This document shows positions 8,261-17,007 of a stretch of 64,000 bases of DNA, one piece after another. The translations under genes and the position numbers were made by a program. The notes beneath the pieces were generated by a model that was not told where the DNA came from, did no database searches, and saw only the letters and a program-made list of their open reading frames with translations. This DNA comes from a virus. Position 1 is the stretch's first letter, and each line of letters opens with the position of its first letter. The stretch lies in IMG/VR virus record IMGVR_UViG_3300012665_001507; one strand, 5' to 3'.

Positions 8261-8875
8261 TTAAGCAGTTAACCATCCGTAATATTTTTTTGTTTTAGCC
8301 ATTCTATCGTCTAAACCATGTGTTCCACCATTGATTCTTTTTGTAAGAGCCAAGATAGATGCATCGTTTACACCTTTGTCACAGATATCCCAAAGTTTAT
8401 TTTTATCGAAGAAGAACACAGCCGATTCAAAAGCTAATTCATTAGCAACCAAATCTGGGTTTGTCATAACTTCTGGTTTTTTTAAGTATTCAGAAAAAGC
8501 TTTATAATTTGCTTTACCTGTTAATTGAAGAGCACCTCTTCCACGGAAAACCCATCCTTCTTTTGAAGCCTCGTTACCGTTACCCATTCTGTCTGCATAA
8601 ACTCTAGATGCAATTTTCTCTGGGTTTCTAGCATAAGACTCCTCCAAGTTACCAGGAAAATATTTTCCAAAGATACCTTGCAATCCTTGTGCTGAATAAT
8701 TTAAGTTTTCTGAAAATGCTTTAAAGTCACCAGTTTCGTGTGCTGTTTGAGCAAAGAAGTGTGCTGCTCTTTCTGGTGTCATTTTGTAGAATTCCATCGC
8801 TTTTTTAAGCGTTCCTGGTCCAAAGGCTCCATCTGCCGTTGCACCAATTTTTTCTTGTAGTTTTTTTAAGCTCAT
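8261..8875 (-). CDS. GH19 (chitinase-like) endolysin with a short N-terminal peptidoglycan-binding motif
   Basis: ADGAFGPGT; FFAQTAHET, ENLNYS, RGRGALQLTGKANY, INGGTHGLDDR. Confidence 0.9.
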   Translation of the reverse strand: MSLKKLQEKIGATADGAFGPGTLKKAMEFYKMTPERAAHFFAQTAHETGDFKAFSENLNYSAQGLQGIFGKYFPGNLEESYARNPEKIASRVYADRMGNGNEASKEGWVFRGRGALQLTGKANYKAFSEYLKKPEVMTNPDLVANELAFESAVFFFDKNKLWDICDKGVNDASILALTKRINGGTHGLDDRMAKTKKYYGWLTA

Positions 8876-8890
8876 AATTTCATGTTTATT

Positions 8891-8898
8891 AATAAATA
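8891..8898 (-). promoter_or_regulatory. Putative late promoter (TATTTATT) for the lysin pair
   Basis: 15 nt upstream of the ATG at 8875. Confidence 0.6.
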
Positions 8899-8929
8899 TC
8901 TTTATACCGATAAAAATGTTAAAAAAAGT

Positions 8930-8960
8930 TTGGATGTTTGGAATAAATTACCTACCTTTG
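8930..8960 (+). promoter_or_regulatory. Bacteroidetes-type promoter
   Basis: TTGG-N19-TACCTTTG. Confidence 0.8.
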
Positions 8961-8976
8961 TTAAAAAATAATATAC

Positions 8977-9408
8977 ATGGTTGCATTACTTAAAATTGAA
9001 AATCTAGCATGTGCTAGTTTATATTTTGATGTCTTAGAAGACTTTAGAGATTTACATGAGATTGATATGAGTGATTTTATGCTTGTGAAAGAAAGTCCAT
9101 GTACCAAGTATGAGTACTTGTATGTCTTCTTACCCAATCACCAAATAAATGATTTTGTAAAACTAATCAAAGAGTATGATATTGAGCTATACATGGATGT
9201 TGATTTTACCGAAGATTTGTTAAACATTATCTTAACAAATAAAGTAGAGGTTTTTAAAAAACAATTTGTGTTGGATTACAATATTGAGTTTGATGAGCTA
9301 CTAGATATTTTCTACGAGGAAAATGTAACTGTTGATATGGTTCTGGATAAAGCTAACGATTTAGGTTTTGAGTCTTTGACCAAAAGAGACTATGATGTAT
9401 TAAAATAA
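8977..9408 (+). CDS. Early hypothetical protein with a C-terminal LDK..G..SLT (DUF6576-like) motif
   Basis: Ends VDMVLDKANDLGFESLTKRDYDVLK; has its own host-type promoter. Confidence 0.7.
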   Translation: MVALLKIENLACASLYFDVLEDFRDLHEIDMSDFMLVKESPCTKYEYLYVFLPNHQINDFVKLIKEYDIELYMDVDFTEDLLNIILTNKVEVFKKQFVLDYNIEFDELLDIFYEENVTVDMVLDKANDLGFESLTKRDYDVLK

Positions 9409-9435
9409 AAAAACCCCATATTGCTATGAGGTTTT
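9407..9435 (-). terminator. Intrinsic terminator
   Basis: Minus strand AAAACCUCAUA-GCAA-UAUGGGGUUUUUUU (G-U pair, GNRA loop). Confidence 0.75.
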
Positions 9436-9454
9436 AGTATTTGTTTAGTTTTTA

Positions 9455-9772
9455 TTAAGATTGAGTTATGTTAGATTTAACATTGTAACCCATTGCTCTT
9501 TTTACTTCGTTTTTTAAACTATTTGCAGAACCTACTTCGATTCCTTTTGCTTTGATGAACTCATTTGCCTTTGCGATAACTTCATTTCCCTTTGCTGTTT
9601 TTTCTTCGCTTTGTGGCATTGCTTTAACTGCATCAATCATTTCTTTGTTATCTCTCATAAAGATTGCATCATAGCTTCTAAATACGTCACCGAATCCTTC
9701 TTCTACTTCTTCAGAATATACTGGCTGAGTTTTTAACTTCTCTTCTCTATCTTCTGGAGCAACTTGCTTCAT
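9455..9772 (-). CDS. Hypothetical protein; possibly a frameshifted C-terminal extension of 9796..12114
   Basis: Its frame is open upstream to 9826, across an A10 run. Confidence 0.65.
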   Translation of the reverse strand: MKQVAPEDREEKLKTQPVYSEEVEEGFGDVFRSYDAIFMRDNKEMIDAVKAMPQSEEKTAKGNEVIAKANEFIKAKGIEVGSANSLKNEVKRAMGYNVKSNITQS

Positions 9773-9795
9773 TACATTATCGTCACCGTAGCCTT

Positions 9796-12114
9796 CTAGT
9801 TTACTTTTTTTTTTGACGGCATTGAATTAACAGCCGCACTAGTTGAAACACCGTGTTCGTCACCGTATTCATCCAAGTTACCATCATCGTCCATTCTATC
9901 CATAAGAGTTTCCAAATATTTAGCTGGATTCATTTTTGCCATTTCTTTATCTTCCAACGGAACTGGAACTGGTTTTGGTCCACCACCAACGATAAAGTAT
10001 TCACCTGTTGATTGACTAACCATAAGTCTAGGACCCGCTTTAGCTACTGGTGCAGATGGAACAACAATATCGTCTTCATCATCTTCGTCATCAACGCTAG
10101 GGATATCTGAAGTTATTTCGTCATCAGCTGGTTCAGCGTCAACATCTTCATCTTCATCGTCAGATTTGTTATAATCATCTTCATAATCTTCTTCGTCTTC
10201 TTCTTCCTTAACCATTTCTTCTTTTTCTTCCATGTAGTTTTCATTGATTGGTGCGAAGAAAACACCGTTTAAAGTAACACCTTCAGCAACCACTTCTTTG
10301 TCATCTTCTGCTTCTTCTTCTTTAGCTTCAGTTTTAACTTTAGCTTTAGATTCAGTACCCATATGTACATGTTTTTTAGCTTCAGCAGCATGAGGAACAT
10401 TTACATCTTCCCAGTGACCGTTTGCAGCTTTGGTTCCTTCGATATTTCCAGATTTAGAAACTTCTTTAACCATTCCTTCTTCTTCAGTTTCTTCTTCGTA
10501 CATACCTTCTTTAACTGTTTCCTCTTCCTCTTCTTCTTTATACATACCTTCTTCGTACATACTCTCTTTCATTGTTACATGTTTAGTAGCTTCTGGAGCT
10601 TTTTTCTTAACCTCTTCAAAGTTTCCAGTTTTTGGTGCTGGAGCTTTTGTTCCTTTTTCAGTCGATACCGAACCTTCAATATCTTTTTTAGCTTCAGCAG
10701 CATATGATACAGCGTCATCTAAATCACCTTCTTTAGCAGCTGGTGCTTGTGCTTTATCTTTAGATACAGAACCTTGTACATGTTTAGTAGCTTCTGGAGC
10801 TTTTTTAGTTACATCTTCAAAGTTTCCAGTTTTAGCCTTAGCACTTTCAATGTCTTCACCTTCTAAAAGGGTTTTAGTTTTATTCCAGATATCTCCAAAT
10901 GCAACATTCTCATCAAGTCTCGCAAGTCCTTTTACAGTACCTAAAGTATCTTGTGATTTGTAACCCATAAGGTGTTTCATTTTTTGCATATCTTCGTTAA
11001 GCATAGTTTTATCAGAAGCCAAAAGAACTACAGCTTTACCTTCGTTCAAATTACCTTCCCAACGAACTTTACATGAAACTGAACCATCAGTCATTTCAAA
11101 TTCTTTATTGTCTACTTTATAACTTTCTGGGATTAACGTTAAAGCATGACCCAATTTTTGTGTTAGATTAACACCTTCAAATGGTTTATCGCCATTTTTG
11201 TTAAACTTTAATCTTTTCATCGTTTCTTTTATTTGTGGTTTATTATTGTCATTGTTTTCAAACATACCCATATCTTTCATGGCTTGTTTTTCTAATTTAT
11301 TAGCTAATGATTTAGCAGATTTAATTGCCATTTCAAAGTTACCTTTTTCTAACAACGAAGCAACTTTATTGATACCGTTACCATATTCCATACTATCTGG
11401 AAAATCAGATACCATACCTGTTTCACTTACTTTATTAACTAATTTAACAGCTGTTTCATTTGCACCTATCTTGGCAACCAAATTTGTTAAGTTATCTCTT
11501 AATTTATCAGAAATACCTTCATTAACAGGTTTTGCGTTTACACTTTCATTGGTTGAATATGCTGAATGAACTCTGGCTGGTTTGAAGCCTTTAGGTAAGA
11601 TTTCAATATCTCCACCAAAACTTAATATTTTATCAGTTTGGTCTTTTCTTTTCTTTGCAGAAGCTTCAGCATTTTTAAGTCTTTCTTTTCCAAAATCATC
11701 AGAAGAAACACCTTCCATCGCTTCAGCGTTACCCATATCTTTACCGCCTTTGTTACCCATTCTAGTGCTACCTTCTAAAGATTCTTTTGCTCTATCACTG
11801 AATTGTTTACCAACTGGTCTATCGTATTCAATCGATTCTTGACCATTCATGATTTCCATTTGGTTGTGGTACTCTAGTTCTCCGTCTTCGTAGTTGAATT
11901 TGTTTTGAGCCATCTTAGACATATCTTTGTCTTTTTTGACATCTTTGTCGTATGCTGTCAAATCTTTTTCAATAGCTTTAACACCAGCTTTGTTTTGCTC
12001 ACCAGATTTCTTATTCACAGCGTTAGTAACAGTGATACCAGGAGTATTAGCTGTTTCTTTTGCTTCAGATAAGAATCTTTCAGATAAGTGTTGTTTAATT
12101 ATATTTTTGTCCAT
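9796..12114 (-). CDS. Large acidic low-complexity protein with internal repeats; putative capsid-internal/core protein
   Basis: CTS-like start (MDKNIIKQHLSERFLSE), many [LIVM]xE sites, KTGNFE..KKAPEATKHV repeats, late motif at 12130-12137. Confidence 0.6.
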   Translation of the reverse strand: MDKNIIKQHLSERFLSEAKETANTPGITVTNAVNKKSGEQNKAGVKAIEKDLTAYDKDVKKDKDMSKMAQNKFNYEDGELEYHNQMEIMNGQESIEYDRPVGKQFSDRAKESLEGSTRMGNKGGKDMGNAEAMEGVSSDDFGKERLKNAEASAKKRKDQTDKILSFGGDIEILPKGFKPARVHSAYSTNESVNAKPVNEGISDKLRDNLTNLVAKIGANETAVKLVNKVSETGMVSDFPDSMEYGNGINKVASLLEKGNFEMAIKSAKSLANKLEKQAMKDMGMFENNDNNKPQIKETMKRLKFNKNGDKPFEGVNLTQKLGHALTLIPESYKVDNKEFEMTDGSVSCKVRWEGNLNEGKAVVLLASDKTMLNEDMQKMKHLMGYKSQDTLGTVKGLARLDENVAFGDIWNKTKTLLEGEDIESAKAKTGNFEDVTKKAPEATKHVQGSVSKDKAQAPAAKEGDLDDAVSYAAEAKKDIEGSVSTEKGTKAPAPKTGNFEEVKKKAPEATKHVTMKESMYEEGMYKEEEEEETVKEGMYEEETEEEGMVKEVSKSGNIEGTKAANGHWEDVNVPHAAEAKKHVHMGTESKAKVKTEAKEEEAEDDKEVVAEGVTLNGVFFAPINENYMEEKEEMVKEEEDEEDYEDDYNKSDDEDEDVDAEPADDEITSDIPSVDDEDDEDDIVVPSAPVAKAGPRLMVSQSTGEYFIVGGGPKPVPVPLEDKEMAKMNPAKYLETLMDRMDDDGNLDEYGDEHGVSTSAAVNSMPSKKKVN
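10576..10832 (-). repeat. Intragenic direct repeat encoding KTGNFE(D/E)V(T/K)KKAPEATKHV
   Basis: TACATGTTTAGTAGCTTCTGGAGCTTTTT occurs near 10576 and 10778; diverged copies encode AEAKKHV and AEAKKDI. Confidence 0.8.
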
Positions 12115-12129
12115 CTTTTATGATTTTAT

Positions 12130-12137
12130 TATAAATA
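12130..12137 (-). promoter_or_regulatory. Putative late promoter TATTTATA
   Basis: 15 nt upstream of the ATG at 12114. Confidence 0.65.
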
Positions 12138-12158
12138 TCTTAGTTTTTGGTAAAGTTG

Positions 12159-14198
12159 TTAACCTTTAGCGTTTTTTGCTGTAATTATAGCTTTTACTTC
12201 ATCAATTGTTTTACCAGTTTTTTTAGCAACAGCTTCGTATATTTTGTTTTCACCTAATGATGGGGCATTTACGTTACCTTTTGTTTTTTTAAGCTTAACA
12301 ACATTGTCAACCGCACCAGCACTACAACCAGTACCAGCTGGTTTGTTATTCATTTTAACACAATCGTTAAAATCAACAAATGCACCACCAGCCCATTGTG
12401 TTTTTGTTTGAGCTTTTGTTTTTGGGTTATTTTTACCTAAGTCCATTGTTAAACCACCAGGAGTATCGTATTGGAAATTACCAGCACTGGCAACATCCAT
12501 AGTTTCATTTAAACTAGGAACATACCAATTGTTACTATCAGATGAGTTAATACCATTTTTATCTAAAAATCTTTTAGTTACTATTTTAAAGTCAGAAGTT
12601 TTATTTTCTGGAAAGTTGTCATTCAAATCCATTTTAACATAGTATTTGATACTTTCGTTATCAACGCCTGTATAGTCCCAACCGTCAACTATCTTACCAT
12701 TATTTTTCATAATAGCAAAATGAGTGTAACCAGCACCCAAATCAGAGTCTTCTTTTACCACTGGAACATTAGGCATAGTTTTTTTAACTATTGCTGAGTC
12801 AGCACCATTTGCACTTAATGATGGTGTGTATTGACCACCAACCGATGCGGTATTAGTACCACCCATTCCACCAGCAGACATTTCATCAACACCACCAAAC
12901 ATATTGAACTGTCCAACTGGTTTTTTTGGTTCTGGTGCTGAAACTGGTTCTGGCATATTTTTAAGTTTCATTTGTTTTTCAGCATTTTTAGAATTCAATC
13001 TATTTTGTGCGTCTCTTCTTTTGAAATATTCATCTTCGTATTTTTGTGAATCAGCTCTTCTTTGTGCAATAACGGCTTTAATTCTAGACATCTTTTCGTC
13101 TTCAGTTTCGTTTTCATTAAGACCACCTAACGTTTTAGTAACCATAGGGTCTTTGTCGTACATTTCCAAAAAGTCTTGTCTTAATTCGTTGTCAATTTTA
13201 ACCAAGTCAAAATCACCGCTTTCCCAAGCATCTAATCCTTCACCCACTTTAAGACCAGAAATATTGTCATTGATGTAGTCAGTTAATACTTCATCATCAA
13301 TATCCCAATCATCACTATAATCTACATCATAACCACCTTCACCGTCTGGATAGGTATCGATTACTTCTCTGTCAACATAGTCTAAAAATTCATTTCTATC
13401 AATACCATCATAATAAAAAGCATACATAGTACCGTCTTCACCTTTAATGAAAGCAAATTCACCATTATAACCCATCACTTGTAATTTAGGGTTTTTGATA
13501 TGTGTACCTTTACTATATTGTGGGTCTGCTTGATTAGCTGGGTGGTCTGGATGGTTATCAAACCAGTCACCTTCTTCAAGTCCATTTTTAGGTGTTTTAT
13601 CATTTCCAAGCATAGCTCTTAATTCTTCTTCAACAGCATTGATTGCTTTCTCTGCCGAACCCAAAGATTTACATAATTCATAACCACCATCTTTTTTAAC
13701 TACTAATTTACTAGCACATAAAGCATCACAGATATCATCATACGTCAAATCATTTTCAGCCCAGAATGGAGAAAACTCATCTGATTTACGATAAAGGTAT
13801 TTAATTAAATCAATGGTTTCTTTTTTTAATTGGTCTTCACCCTCTTTTAAAGAATATTTTTTAAATTCTGTATCAACTCTTTTTAAACCACCTTTTACTT
13901 TAGGTTCTTGTTCTTCGTTGATATTGTGCATTTTTCTAAACACTTCGTAGTCGTAAACTAAATCTTGACCGAAAGCATACACACCAATGTCTTTTTTACC
14001 ACTAGGGTAAATAGCCCAAACATATTGGTATTTATTATTACCTAACATGAATGGTTCTTCACCAGACATATCTTTGTAGTATTCAACATAGGGTGCGTTA
14101 TTTTCACCCACATTTTCTTTGATTAAACCAGAAGCAAAAATTCTATTATATTGTTCTTTGGTTATTTTCAACTTGCCTTTATTTGAATTATTATTCAT
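12159..14198 (-). CDS. Large modular protein, putative capsid-internal polyprotein
   Basis: Starts KLKITKEQYNRI..LIKE; segments punctuated by INE, LKE, LEE, LNE, VDE, VKE and LNE. Confidence 0.6.
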   Translation of the reverse strand: MNNNSNKGKLKITKEQYNRIFASGLIKENVGENNAPYVEYYKDMSGEEPFMLGNNKYQYVWAIYPSGKKDIGVYAFGQDLVYDYEVFRKMHNINEEQEPKVKGGLKRVDTEFKKYSLKEGEDQLKKETIDLIKYLYRKSDEFSPFWAENDLTYDDICDALCASKLVVKKDGGYELCKSLGSAEKAINAVEEELRAMLGNDKTPKNGLEEGDWFDNHPDHPANQADPQYSKGTHIKNPKLQVMGYNGEFAFIKGEDGTMYAFYYDGIDRNEFLDYVDREVIDTYPDGEGGYDVDYSDDWDIDDEVLTDYINDNISGLKVGEGLDAWESGDFDLVKIDNELRQDFLEMYDKDPMVTKTLGGLNENETEDEKMSRIKAVIAQRRADSQKYEDEYFKRRDAQNRLNSKNAEKQMKLKNMPEPVSAPEPKKPVGQFNMFGGVDEMSAGGMGGTNTASVGGQYTPSLSANGADSAIVKKTMPNVPVVKEDSDLGAGYTHFAIMKNNGKIVDGWDYTGVDNESIKYYVKMDLNDNFPENKTSDFKIVTKRFLDKNGINSSDSNNWYVPSLNETMDVASAGNFQYDTPGGLTMDLGKNNPKTKAQTKTQWAGGAFVDFNDCVKMNNKPAGTGCSAGAVDNVVKLKKTKGNVNAPSLGENKIYEAVAKKTGKTIDEVKAIITAKNAKG

Positions 14199-14201
14199 AG
14201 T

Positions 14202-14453
14202 TTAGTTTGTTTTGTTACTTAAATTATCTCTCCAAAAACTCTTTTTGGTCCAAAGAGCTTTAAATAATTGAGTCAACACATTTTTAGTGATTTCAACTAC
14301 CTTATCTTCAAGTTCTTTTTCGTTTTTAAGCCTATCTTTAACTATCTTCTCAACCTTTGTTTTAAAGGCATCACTATCCATATAGACTTTAATTTCTTTG
14401 GATACCTCAACCTTACTAAGGTTTTCGTTAATTTTTTTGTTGCTTTCGGCCAT
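14202..14453 (-). CDS. Small late protein
   Basis: 83 aa starting MAESNKKINE; TATTTATA at 14468-14475. Confidence 0.7.
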   Translation of the reverse strand: MAESNKKINENLSKVEVSKEIKVYMDSDAFKTKVEKIVKDRLKNEKELEDKVVEITKNVLTQLFKALWTKKSFWRDNLSNKTN

Positions 14454-14467
14454 TATGATGTTTTTAT

Positions 14468-14475
14468 TATAAATA
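14468..14475 (-). promoter_or_regulatory. Putative late promoter TATTTATA
   Basis: 14 nt upstream of the ATG at 14453. Confidence 0.65.
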
Positions 14476-14486
14476 TTAAGAATAAC

Positions 14487-14511
14487 AAAAAAAGCCCTAT
14501 TACAGGCTTTT
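14487..14511 (-). terminator. Intrinsic terminator
   Basis: AAAAAAAGCC-N8-GGCTTTT hairpin with a U-tract on the minus strand. Confidence 0.65.
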
Positions 14512-14531
14512 ATTTATTGTGTTATAAATAC

Positions 14532-15170
14532 TTATTTGATGTCAATGTCATATGGGGTAATTATAACCCTATAATTATACATCTCGTTATCTGGATTACC
14601 ATAACTCATAGTTTCACAGTCAATTCTTGTAATACAACAACTTTTTAACACAAAACGTTTACACGAAATGTTTTTTGCATCTAATTGTTCAACTACCATG
14701 TCAAATTTACCATATTCTTTGAACATTGAATGAATCAAAGGTAATTTAGGGTTCTTCACAGAATCAACCATTTTTAGTTCTAAGTCACTAGTGTGGAATT
14801 CAATTCTACCCCATTTTTTTGTGACCGACATAATTGGTAATTTAATATCAGTAACTAGATATGGTTCAATTTTAAGTTCTTCTGGAAAAATAACCAAAAA
14901 TCTATGTTTTAATATTGGTTCAAAGTTTTGAGGAACGTTATAAAAATCTTCTTTTTTCCATATACCCAATAATGGGTTTGGTTCACCCGTCAATTCTTCG
15001 TATAATGGATTTGGTTCACCCGTATTAGGGTCAAACAACGGAACATCTTTTTTAATTGCTGGGCGTGGTGGTGGTGGTGCTTGTCTACCTTTACCATCAC
15101 TTTTCTTTACGTTGCTTTTTGTTTTACCTTCTTTTATTGGTGAAGGTTTAATAGGAAACTCTTTTTTCAT
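14532..15170 (-). CDS. Divergent T4 gp19-like tail-tube-fold protein with a Pro-rich N-terminal extension
   Basis: FEPILKHRFLVIFPEEL, EQLD....RFVLKSC.IT.ID...SY and IITPYD resemble gp19-family tube proteins; N-terminal TGEPNPL duplication. Confidence 0.55.
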   Translation of the reverse strand: MKKEFPIKPSPIKEGKTKSNVKKSDGKGRQAPPPPRPAIKKDVPLFDPNTGEPNPLYEELTGEPNPLLGIWKKEDFYNVPQNFEPILKHRFLVIFPEELKIEPYLVTDIKLPIMSVTKKWGRIEFHTSDLELKMVDSVKNPKLPLIHSMFKEYGKFDMVVEQLDAKNISCKRFVLKSCCITRIDCETMSYGNPDNEMYNYRVIITPYDIDIK

Positions 15171-15172
15171 AA

Positions 15173-15631
15173 TTATAATAATAAAACTAATATTGGAAGA
15201 ACAATAGCACCAACAAAACCTAATGTTTTAAGTCTTTTTTGTTTTCTAATTTCTTTCTTTTGGTCTTCAATTGTGTTATTTAAGATAGCAACTTCTTCAT
15301 CTTTATTCGCTATCATTTTTTCTAAATTAATAACCTGTTGTGCTTGGTTATCGCTTTTTTGTTGCATCGCTTTAATTTGTGATACTTGTAAGTCGATTGT
15401 ATTTTGTTGTAATCCATCTCTTAACATGTAAACATTGACAAGGCTGTCAACAATTTTTTTATCCAATACATCAGCCAATAATTTTTTAGCGTCTTTGATT
15501 TGGAATTGTACTAGTGTATCACCTTGTGCGGTAACCACTGTTGTAACTCTAGGTTTACTCTTCGAGATAGTCTGCGAAAGCGTTGGCAACACCGTTAGCA
15601 GACAAACCATTAACGTAAGTAGGTACTTCAT
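15173..15631 (-). CDS. Exported coiled-coil protein with a C-terminal membrane anchor (spanin-like candidate)
   Basis: Signal peptide ending TLS-Q, coiled coil and C-terminal TM; overlaps the upstream gene by 77 nt. Confidence 0.55.
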   Translation of the reverse strand: MKYLLTLMVCLLTVLPTLSQTISKSKPRVTTVVTAQGDTLVQFQIKDAKKLLADVLDKKIVDSLVNVYMLRDGLQQNTIDLQVSQIKAMQQKSDNQAQQVINLEKMIANKDEEVAILNNTIEDQKKEIRKQKRLKTLGFVGAIVLPILVLLL

Positions 15632-15914
15632 TTCTTTTCTTTTTTAAGTCGTTTAATTGTGATTGTGTTTGAGAAAGTTTTCTATTATTCTCAGTAATTT
15701 GTTTTTCTATACCGACAATAAAAGCATCTAATTTAATGTTTTCAGATTTTAAGCTGTCGTTCTTAGAAGCTAAAGCTTCGTTCTCTTTGTGTAACTCATC
15801 AATTTGTTTTTGATAGTCACTAGGGTCATTTTTTTGATATGCAAAAACAGCAATCACTAAAAGTATCCCTAAAATAATAATAAAAATTGACTTGATGTCT
15901 AATACTTTTTTCAT
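15555..15914 (-). CDS. N-anchored membrane coiled-coil protein (i-spanin-like candidate)
   Basis: Single N-terminal TM followed by a long heptad coiled coil. Confidence 0.55.
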   Translation of the reverse strand: MKKVLDIKSIFIIILGILLVIAVFAYQKNDPSDYQKQIDELHKENEALASKNDSLKSENIKLDAFIVGIEKQITENNRKLSQTQSQLNDLKKKRNEVPTYVNGLSANGVANAFADYLEE

Positions 15915-16402
15915 TAGTTTTCTTTTGGTCTATATTCGTTAGGTAATTTTTTTGACCACTCAAGTCTAAAGTTTTCATAGTATCCTTTTAACTTTTGTAG
16001 CAAAACACTGATATTGTCATTCAGTTCAATATCGTTCATACTAGTTTCAACATCACCAGCAGCTAAAGACATTTTAAAGGTAATACCAGTACCTTCTGAT
16101 TCTTTATACTCCATTACACCATCAATGATTACATTTTCATCTGTTGGGAAAATCTTAAAGCTAGTTATTTTAATTCTAGGGCTAACGGTGTCTCTTAATT
16201 TTTGTAATTCATCATTGAATACCGCATCACCAGCAACTGGTGTAATAACGTCATTAGCCTCATTTGGGTCAACCATATCATCAGTAATTGGTTCTTTGGC
16301 TACTTCTTCTTCTTCATTTTCTTTTAAAAGTGGTTTAAAACCACCTCTCATGATGTCCATCATTCTTTTGGTCATATCATGTTCGTTGATACTTTCTTTC
16401 AT
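15914..16402 (-). CDS. Hypothetical protein with a CTS-like start (MKESINE...LLKE)
   Basis: 162 aa, coupled to both neighbours. Confidence 0.7.
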   Translation of the reverse strand: MKESINEHDMTKRMMDIMRGGFKPLLKENEEEEVAKEPITDDMVDPNEANDVITPVAGDAVFNDELQKLRDTVSPRIKITSFKIFPTDENVIIDGVMEYKESEGTGITFKMSLAAGDVETSMNDIELNDNISVLLQKLKGYYENFRLEWSKKLPNEYRPKEN

Positions 16403-17007
16403 ATTTCTTCTAGTTTATTTTTAAATTCACCACAGTCCCATGATGGGTTTAAATCTGTATAATGTTTTTCAATGTTACTCTTATAAATCACACCTTGAAA
16501 ATTTGATAACGATTCGACTTTTGTATTGTGACCGATAGCTTCAAGCGGTATGTAAAATTCATCACATAAATTTTTAACTAGCTCTAAGGCTGAATTAAAT
16601 TGTGCTTGCGTATGCGGTGCCCAATAACGATAGTTTCTCCATCTTTTATCAAAAACTTCATTTGGTTTATTATAAATATCGCCAATCCATGTAATGAACT
16701 GATTTTTTTCCTCATCTTTTATTAACCACCCATCATTCTCTAAAAGTATAACAATTGATTTGGTATCTTGCTCCAATCTACCGAAAAATTTAGAATGATG
16801 TTTAGGTTCAAAATGCTTATAAATAACACCAGCCGCATCTATAGTAAATGCAGCTGTTTTTTTATAATTGCCATTGTGCCTGTTTTGCCAACCAATGAAA
16901 TGTTGCATGTCATGATTGAAGGTACTTGCTAAAACTATTTGAGTTTTGATACACTCTATTGGCACATAATTGTTTTCATTTAAAACATAGTCTTCATTAA
17001 TATTCAT
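16399..17007 (-). CDS. N-acetylmuramoyl-L-alanine amidase (Amidase_2)-like protein, possibly catalytically degenerate
   Basis: QIVL.., FTIDAAGVIY, SIVILLENDG, AQFNSALELVKNLC, IGHN and TDLNP follow the Amidase_2 layout. Confidence 0.65.
   Translation of the reverse strand: MNINEDYVLNENNYVPIECIKTQIVLASTFNHDMQHFIGWQNRHNGNYKKTAAFTIDAAGVIYKHFEPKHHSKFFGRLEQDTKSIVILLENDGWLIKDEEKNQFITWIGDIYNKPNEVFDKRWRNYRYWAPHTQAQFNSALELVKNLCDEFYIPLEAIGHNTKVESLSNFQGVIYKSNIEKHYTDLNPSWDCGEFKNKLEEI

Noticed and set aside
14523-14530. TATTTATA copy right after the tube-like gene
   Set aside because: A terminator hairpin follows within about 15 nt and there is no gene at the usual spacing, so it is probably chance or non-productive
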